Below the pieces are notes generated by a model. It made no database searches. It saw only the letters and a program-made list of their open reading frames with translations, and was not told where the DNA came from. Shown here piece after piece: positions 8,024-12,704 of a stretch of DNA of 12,704 bases. This stretch comes from Gemmatimonadota bacterium (lineage in GTDB: Bacteria > Latescibacterota > UBA2968 > UBA8231): NCBI GenBank assembly GCA_038128265.1, contig JAYPJE010000083.1, positions 1 through 12,704 on the forward strand, read 5' to 3'. The first letter of the stretch is position 1. Every line of letters begins with the position of its first letter. The translations under genes and the position numbers were made by a program.

Positions 8024-8632
8024 ATGGCTGCCCCACTTGTCCTCATTGCCCTGCTCTGCGCACCAGTCTGCGCCCAACCGTCGGCTGGCTATGCGCCGGA
8101 AACCGACGACCACAGTGCACCACTCGTCGGCACGTGGCTCAACTGGTCGCTGTATGTGCACGACGGCGCCGAGGGCGTGCCGCTGTGGCAGCGCGTTGAA
8201 ATCCGCACCGACGGCGAAATGGTGCACGACTATTTTTACACCGATCCATCGCTGGGCGACTCGATTCCCTCCGAGCGCCTGTTCGCGCGCTGGAGCGCCG
8301 GCGAATACACCGACCCTGATCCGGCTCAAGGAACCTACCGCGTCATCCGCATCGCTCCCTATGAATCCCATTCGCTGGTCGCCGGCACGCGCGAGTACCG
8401 CCGCATGCGGGGCAGCTTCATACCGGTCTATCGGCGCTTCGCTCTTTCCGAGGTCGACCGCTCGCTATCGCTGTCCGAACCTGTAGTCCTCGTCCTGCCC
8501 TTTGTCGAAGAGCTGCGTTCCTTCCCACCCGACGCCGCCTTCTTGAACTACACGCGCGATGCACCGACGGCGCTGCCTTCGGCCGTCTCGCCCGCCAGTT
8601 GGGGCCGGATTAAAAGGCAACAGAGCGACTAG
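8024..8632 (+). CDS. Hypothetical secreted protein with C-terminal AV-x-x-x-SWG-x-IK tail
   Basis: ATG 8024 follows AAGGA (8011-8015). It has a signal-peptide-like N-terminus MAAPLVLIALLCAPVCA|Q, a beta-rich body, and the C-terminus PTALPSAVSPASWGRIKRQQSD. Confidence 0.75.
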   Translation: MAAPLVLIALLCAPVCAQPSAGYAPETDDHSAPLVGTWLNWSLYVHDGAEGVPLWQRVEIRTDGEMVHDYFYTDPSLGDSIPSERLFARWSAGEYTDPDPAQGTYRVIRIAPYESHSLVAGTREYRRMRGSFIPVYRRFALSEVDRSLSLSEPVVLVLPFVEELRSFPPDAAFLNYTRDAPTALPSAVSPASWGRIKRQQSD

Positions 8633-8662
8633 TCGGCTTGACCCATCGCGCACAGAAGCGCG

Positions 8663-10564
8663 CTAATCAATAATTCTATCAACGATTAGCTCGGCCGCCT
8701 CGTCGATCGACGTCGACGTCGTATCAATGCGAATCTCCGGCATTTCGGGCGGCTCGTACGGGCTGTCAATACCGGTGAAGTTTTTGAGTTCGCCGGATCG
8801 CGCCTTTGCGTAGAGCCCCTTCACGTCGCGCTCTTCGGCTACCTGGAGAGGCGTATCGACGAACACTTCGATAAACTCGCCCGGCTCCATCATCTGACGA
8901 ACCATCTCGCGCTCGGAGCGAAACGGTGAGATAAAGGCCGTGATAACGATGAGCCCTGCGTCGGTCATGAGCTTTGCCACCTCACCGACGCGGCGAATAT
9001 TTTCGATGCGATCGGCTTCCGTAAAACCCAGATCCTTATTCAGGCCGTGCCGGACGTTGTCTCCGTCGAGTAGAAAGGTGTGGCGGTTCATGCGGGCAAG
9101 CCGCTTCTCAACCGCATTGGCAATGGCCGATTTACCCGCGCCGGACAGACCCGTCATCCATAGGACGAGGGGCTTTTGATTTTTGAGACGGGCCCGGTGC
9201 GCGCGATCAATATCTATCGCCTGCCAGTGGATGTTTTGCGAACGCCTCAGCGCAAAGTGTATAAGCCCTGCTCCAGCGGTGCCGTTGGTCATCTTGTCGA
9301 TGAGGATAAAACCGCCGAGCTCTCTGTTTTCGGCATAGGCAGCAAACGGTATGGAGCGGTCGGTCGTCACGGTTACCACGCCAATATCGTTGAGCTCCAA
9401 GGTCTTGGCTGCCGCGTGCTCTAGGGTATTGACGTTCGTCTGATATTTGGGCGGCGAAATGGTCGCCGAAACCGTTTGCGCGCCGATCTTCATATAGTAG
9501 GAGCGCCCCGGTATGAGATGCTCTTCGTCCATCCAGATAAGCGTGGCCTCAAACTGGTCGGCTACCTCGAGTGGATCTTTGGCCGCCGCGATAACCTGAC
9601 CGCGAGAACAGTCGATTTCATCTTTCAGGGTCAGCGTAACGGACTGACCTGCAGCAGCCTGCTCTAAATCGCCGCCAAACGCAACGATGCGATCTACCCT
9701 CGACGTCTTCCCGGACGGCAAAATGCGCACCTCATCGCCCGGCTTTATCGAACCGCTGGCCACTTTTCCCGCAAACCCTCTGAAGTCGAGATTGGGCCGG
9801 TTGACCCACTGCACTGGCATGCGAAAGGCTGCGTTTTGCCCCGCCTGCACGTCGAGCTCCACTTCTTCTAAGTGCTGCATCAACGTCGGACCTTGGTACC
9901 AGGGCGTATGGGCGGAGAGCGCGGTGATATTGTCTCCCTTAAAACCGGAAATCGGAATCGCTGTAAACTCTTTGACACCGATCGATTGAGCAAAGGACGC
10001 ATAGTCAGCGACGATGGCTTCGAAGGGTTCGCGCGCATAGTCTACCAAGTCCATTTTATTGACGGCCAACGCGATGTTCTGGATGCCGAGTAGGTGGACC
10101 AAGTAGCTGTGGCGTCGCGTCTGGGTCAGCACGCCTTTTCTCGCGTCTATTAGAATAACGGCGAGCTCAGCCGTGGAAGCACCGGTGACCATATTGCGGG
10201 TGTACTGCTCGTGACCCGGCGTATCGGCGACGATAAACTTCCGCTTTTCCGTCGCGAAAAAGCGATAGGCCACGTCGATGGTAATGCCCTGTTCGCGCTC
10301 GGCCGAAAGACCGTCTACCAACAGCGCAAAATCGATTTCCTGCCCCTGCGTACCCTGCGTTTTGCTGTCGGCTTCTAGCTGGGCCAGCTGATCCTCAAAG
10401 ATCATCTTGCTATCGTAGAGCAGGCGCCCGATCAGGGTAGATTTTCCGTCGTCCACCGAGCCGCAGGTAATAAACCGCAGCAGCGACTTGCTCTGATGCG
10501 CTTCGAGATAGGCGTTGATGTCTTCGGCAATCAGCGCGTCTGCTTTGTATACTGAATCGTCCAT
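8663..10564 (-). CDS. cysNC: Bifunctional sulfate adenylyltransferase subunit 1 / adenylylsulfate kinase (CysN/CysC, NodQ-type)
   Basis: 633 aa. GTPase motifs [23 protein letters not shown] and NKMD, then an APS kinase domain with [18 protein letters not shown] and FTGIDSPYE. Confidence 0.97.
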   Translation of the reverse strand: MDDSVYKADALIAEDINAYLEAHQSKSLLRFITCGSVDDGKSTLIGRLLYDSKMIFEDQLAQLEADSKTQGTQGQEIDFALLVDGLSAEREQGITIDVAYRFFATEKRKFIVADTPGHEQYTRNMVTGASTAELAVILIDARKGVLTQTRRHSYLVHLLGIQNIALAVNKMDLVDYAREPFEAIVADYASFAQSIGVKEFTAIPISGFKGDNITALSAHTPWYQGPTLMQHLEEVELDVQAGQNAAFRMPVQWVNRPNLDFRGFAGKVASGSIKPGDEVRILPSGKTSRVDRIVAFGGDLEQAAAGQSVTLTLKDEIDCSRGQVIAAAKDPLEVADQFEATLIWMDEEHLIPGRSYYMKIGAQTVSATISPPKYQTNVNTLEHAAAKTLELNDIGVVTVTTDRSIPFAAYAENRELGGFILIDKMTNGTAGAGLIHFALRRSQNIHWQAIDIDRAHRARLKNQKPLVLWMTGLSGAGKSAIANAVEKRLARMNRHTFLLDGDNVRHGLNKDLGFTEADRIENIRRVGEVAKLMTDAGLIVITAFISPFRSEREMVRQMMEPGEFIEVFVDTPLQVAEERDVKGLYAKARSGELKNFTGIDSPYEPPEMPEIRIDTTSTSIDEAAELIVDRIID

Positions 10565-10581
10565 GTACTATTGCACCGCTC

Positions 10582-11481
10582 TCAGAAGTAGCCTTGCTGT
10601 TTCTTCACTTCCATAGACGCGCTCTGCTCGTTGTCGATGGCGCGCCCCTGGCGTTCAGAGGTCGTGGTAAGAAGCATTTCTCGAATGATATCGGGCAGCG
10701 TGTCGGCATCGCTCTCTACGGCACCCGTCAACGGATAGCAGCCGAGCGTCCTGAATCGGATGGAGCGCATGACCGGCTGTTCGCCCGATGCCAGAGGAAA
10801 GCGCTCGTCGTCGACCATTAGGATCAAGCCGTCGCGTATCACCGTCGGGCGCGGCGCCGAAAAGTAGAGCGGCACAATTTCAATGCCCTCTAGGTGGATG
10901 TACTGCCAAATGTCGAGCTCGGTCCAATTGGACAGCGGAAAGACGCGAATGCTCTCCCCTTTGGCCTTTCTGGCATTGTAAAGCGACCAGAGCTCGGGAC
11001 GCTGGGATTTGGGCTCCCACCGGTGTTGGGCCGTGCGGAAGCTGAATACGCGCTCTTTGGCGCGGGACTTTTCTTCGTCCCGTCGCGCACCGCCGAAGGC
11101 CGCATCAAACGACCACTTGTCCAACGCCTGCTTCAGGCCTTCTGTTTTCCACATATCCGTATGCAGCGCGCCGTGGTCGAATGGATTGATTCCCTTCTCC
11201 ATCGCCTCGGGATTGTGATAGACCAAGAGCTCCATGCCGGCTTCCTTGGCCGCTTTGTCTCTGAGCCTGTACATATCCTGAAACTTCCACGTGGTATCTA
11301 CGTGCAGGAGCGGAAAGGGCGGAGGTGCTGGGTAGAACGCCTTTTTGGCCAGGTGAAGCATTACGGCACTGTCTTTGCCGACAGAGTAGAGCATCACCGG
11401 GTTTTCGACTTCTGCCACGACCTCGCGCATAATGTGTATCGCTTCGGACTCTAGGCGAGAGAAGTGGGTGGAATGCGACAT
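10582..11481 (-). CDS. cysD: Sulfate adenylyltransferase subunit 2
   Basis: 299 aa with the SVGKDS PP-loop, [28 protein letters not shown] and a C-terminal KKQQGYF. GGAGA RBS at 11488-11492. Confidence 0.97.
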   Translation of the reverse strand: MSHSTHFSRLESEAIHIMREVVAEVENPVMLYSVGKDSAVMLHLAKKAFYPAPPPFPLLHVDTTWKFQDMYRLRDKAAKEAGMELLVYHNPEAMEKGINPFDHGALHTDMWKTEGLKQALDKWSFDAAFGGARRDEEKSRAKERVFSFRTAQHRWEPKSQRPELWSLYNARKAKGESIRVFPLSNWTELDIWQYIHLEGIEIVPLYFSAPRPTVIRDGLILMVDDERFPLASGEQPVMRSIRFRTLGCYPLTGAVESDADTLPDIIREMLLTTTSERQGRAIDNEQSASMEVKKQQGYF

Positions 11482-11521
11482 AAAAAATCTCCAAATGCTA
11501 TTGCTTTTTAAATGCGACTGC

Positions 11522-11617
11522 GCCCGTCTGTTTTCACGCGGGCAAGGCAGCGGCGCGGAGTCTCAGAGAACCCCGCGCCTGCCGACGCCCCTCTGGGCAC
11601 CCCTGCCGGGTGCGGGC
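11522..11617 (-). other. Multi-hairpin structured intergenic region between arsC and cysD
   Basis: A long stem spans 11546-11583 (minus strand GGCGCGGGGT pairs with ACTCCGCGCC including one G-U, extended by GGCA/TGCC). Further stems lie at 11522-11543 and 11597-11613. Confidence 0.45.
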
Positions 11618-11624
11618 ACTCAGC

Positions 11625-11975
11625 TCAGTCCAGCAGTTCCTCGACGCGCTCCGAAGGACGGGCAATAACGGCGCGTTCCCCGCGCACGACAATCGGCCGA
11701 TTCATCGCTTCGGGATGGGCAACGAGCAAGGCAATGAGCGCTTCGCGATCACTGTAGTCGTCAATATTTAGGCCCAGCTTACCAAAGGAGCCTGGGTGCA
11801 GCATCTCTTTGGATTCGACATTGAGAAGCGCAACGACGTGCCTGAGCGCCTCTTCGCTGAGCGGATTGTCTATGTATTTGACAACGTCGAACTCGACGTT
11901 GCGGTCGCGCAATATGGTTAGCGCGCCGTTGGACTTGCTTCAGTTGGGGTTGTGGTAGACGGTAATTCGGTCCAC
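11625..11975 (-). CDS. arsC: ArsC family (glutaredoxin-type arsenate reductase-like) protein, probable selenoprotein with UGA-encoded Sec12
   Basis: GTG 11975 with AAGGAG RBS (11985-11990) gives MDRITVYHNPN-(TGA 11942..11940)-SKSNGALTILRDRNVEF..., in frame with the 95-aa ORF ending HPEAMNRPIVVRGERAVIARPSERVEELLD, 116 aa in total. The TGA aligns with the catalytic Cys of the ArsC YHNPxCSxS motif. Confidence 0.88.
11882..11928 (-). promoter_or_regulatory. Candidate bacterial SECIS hairpin(s) downstream of the arsC UGA
   Basis: Stem CGG-CGCGC...GCGCG-A-CCG (11928-11902) begins 11 nt after the UGA. It is directly followed by a perfect hairpin CAACGTCG-AGTT-CGACGTTG (11901-11882). Confidence 0.4.
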
Positions 11976-12047
11976 GGTGGCATTCTCCTTATTGAGCCGA
12001 GTTCAGCGGATTGCCCTATTGCGGTGGGCACGCGCGGTGTGCCTGCC

Positions 12048-12079
12048 ATCTAATGTAGATAACTGCGGATTGCATACAA
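12048..12079 (-). promoter_or_regulatory. Putative sigma70-type promoter of arsC with an overlapping palindrome
   Basis: Minus strand TTGTAT (12079-12074), 16 nt spacer, TACATT (12057-12052). The inverted repeat ATCTA-ATG-TAGAT (12048-12060) covers the -10 box. Confidence 0.4.
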
Positions 12080-12095
12080 GACCTCACAGCCCGTT

Positions 12096-12704
12096 TTACT
12101 GGACCATGCCATCGGGAAACCCGCGCGGATCGGCCACGTGCGGCGTCACATCGCTCGTGCGCAGCTGCCAATCGAGCAAGGTCTGCTCTAGGGCGCGCTG
12201 CGCCGCCTCGTGCGCTGCGCGACCGTATGCGTTGTCCAACTCGTGCGGATCGGCCGACAGGTCGTACAGCTCGTGGCGGCCGCTCGAACGCCGCACGAGC
12301 TTATGCGTAGCGGTGCGCACCATCTGCGCGCGGCACACGCTCTGGGGATGGTCCTGCTGCTGCATGCCCTTGGGATAGTAAATGCCGTTGGGATCGCCGG
12401 CCACGCCGTCGGAGGGCTTGCCTTCAAAGCAGTGCGGTTCGTGCAGATCGTAGCCGCCCTCGGCGAACACCGCGCGGTCGGGATCGGCGCTGCCACCGCG
12501 CAGCGAGTCGACCTGCGAACGGGCAAAGTGCGTGTGTGCAGCCTCGATGCCAGCGAGTTCGAGCGTCGTCGGCACAATGTCGAACAGCTCCACTGGAGAA
12601 CTCACCACATGACCTTGCTTCATTCCCGGCACGCGCATAATCAGCGGCACGCGCGTCAGCGTATCGTCGAGTCCACTCGGCCACTTTTCCACCAGCCCGT
12701 AGTC
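12096..12704 (-). CDS. Sulfatase family hydrolase (choline-sulfatase/arylsulfatase-like), C-terminal part; start lies beyond the window
   Basis: The frame is open to the window end (DYGLVEKW...). It contains TRVPLIMRVPG, VELFDIVPTTLELAG, MVRTATHKLV and ELYDLSADPHELDN, all typical sulfatase C-terminal motifs. Confidence 0.9.
   Translation of the reverse strand, partial: DYGLVEKWPSGLDDTLTRVPLIMRVPGMKQGHVVSSPVELFDIVPTTLELAGIEAAHTHFARSQVDSLRGGSADPDRAVFAEGGYDLHEPHCFEGKPSDGVAGDPNGIYYPKGMQQQDHPQSVCRAQMVRTATHKLVRRSSGRHELYDLSADPHELDNAYGRAAHEAAQRALEQTLLDWQLRTSDVTPHVADPRGFPDGMVQ

Noticed and set aside
7614..8486. 290-aa alternative-frame ORF and other long Arg/Ala-rich overlapping ORFs (e.g. 89-631, 1498-2046, 10894-11454)
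   Set aside because: These are shadow ORFs typical of GC-rich DNA. They overlap well-supported genes and carry no recognisable motifs.
8633..8662. Possible bidirectional terminator or insertion boundary between the convergent genes
   Set aside because: Only a 5-bp CGCGC/GCGCG stem without U-tracts is present, and I found no target-site duplication, inverted terminal repeat or integrase.
11560..11610. GGGGTGC...CTGAGA on the minus strand, resembling the 5' half of a TPP riboswitch; CCCGGCA...GGTGCC, resembling SAM-I fragments
   Set aside because: The TPP 3' core (CCTGAT...AAT...GCG.AGG) and the SAM-I P1 signature (ATC.AGAG...GAT) are not present.
11625..11912. ORF-track 95-aa version of arsC, or a pseudogene call
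   Set aside because: The TTG start has no RBS and removes the catalytic motif. The only interruption is a TGA exactly at the catalytic Cys, and the rest is intact, which favours Sec.
1..12704. Genome-wide UGA reassignment (Trp or Gly) as the explanation for the arsC TGA
   Set aside because: TGA is used as a normal stop in several genes here (osmC, 3096, 3887, 4660, cysD and arsC itself), and no other gene has an internal TGA.

Overview
GC-rich bacterial chromosomal window with 15 coding regions and no recognisable rRNA, tRNA, CRISPR or mobile element. From left to right: a partial nitrilase-family gene (missed by the ORF track), a BNR/Asp-box sialidase-like protein, OsmC, a divergent NnrS-like membrane protein, two overlapping extended-SDR/epimerase genes (one with degenerate motifs, one intact), an atypical GT2-like glycosyltransferase, a DUF2007 plus Zn-ribbon protein, a stand-alone receiver protein, an MFS transporter, a secreted protein ending in an 'SWGRIK' tail, cysNC, cysD, an ArsC-family gene and a partial sulfatase. 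The best hidden signal is the ArsC-family gene. It really starts at GTG 11975 and has an in-frame TGA exactly where the catalytic Cys12 lies (YHNPN-U-SKS), so it is a probable selenoprotein that the ORF track truncated. It sits upstream of a structured spacer and a lower-GC cysD-cysNC pair. The gene content and the C-terminal tail motif suggest a Latescibacterota/Poribacteria-like organism, which is an inference only.
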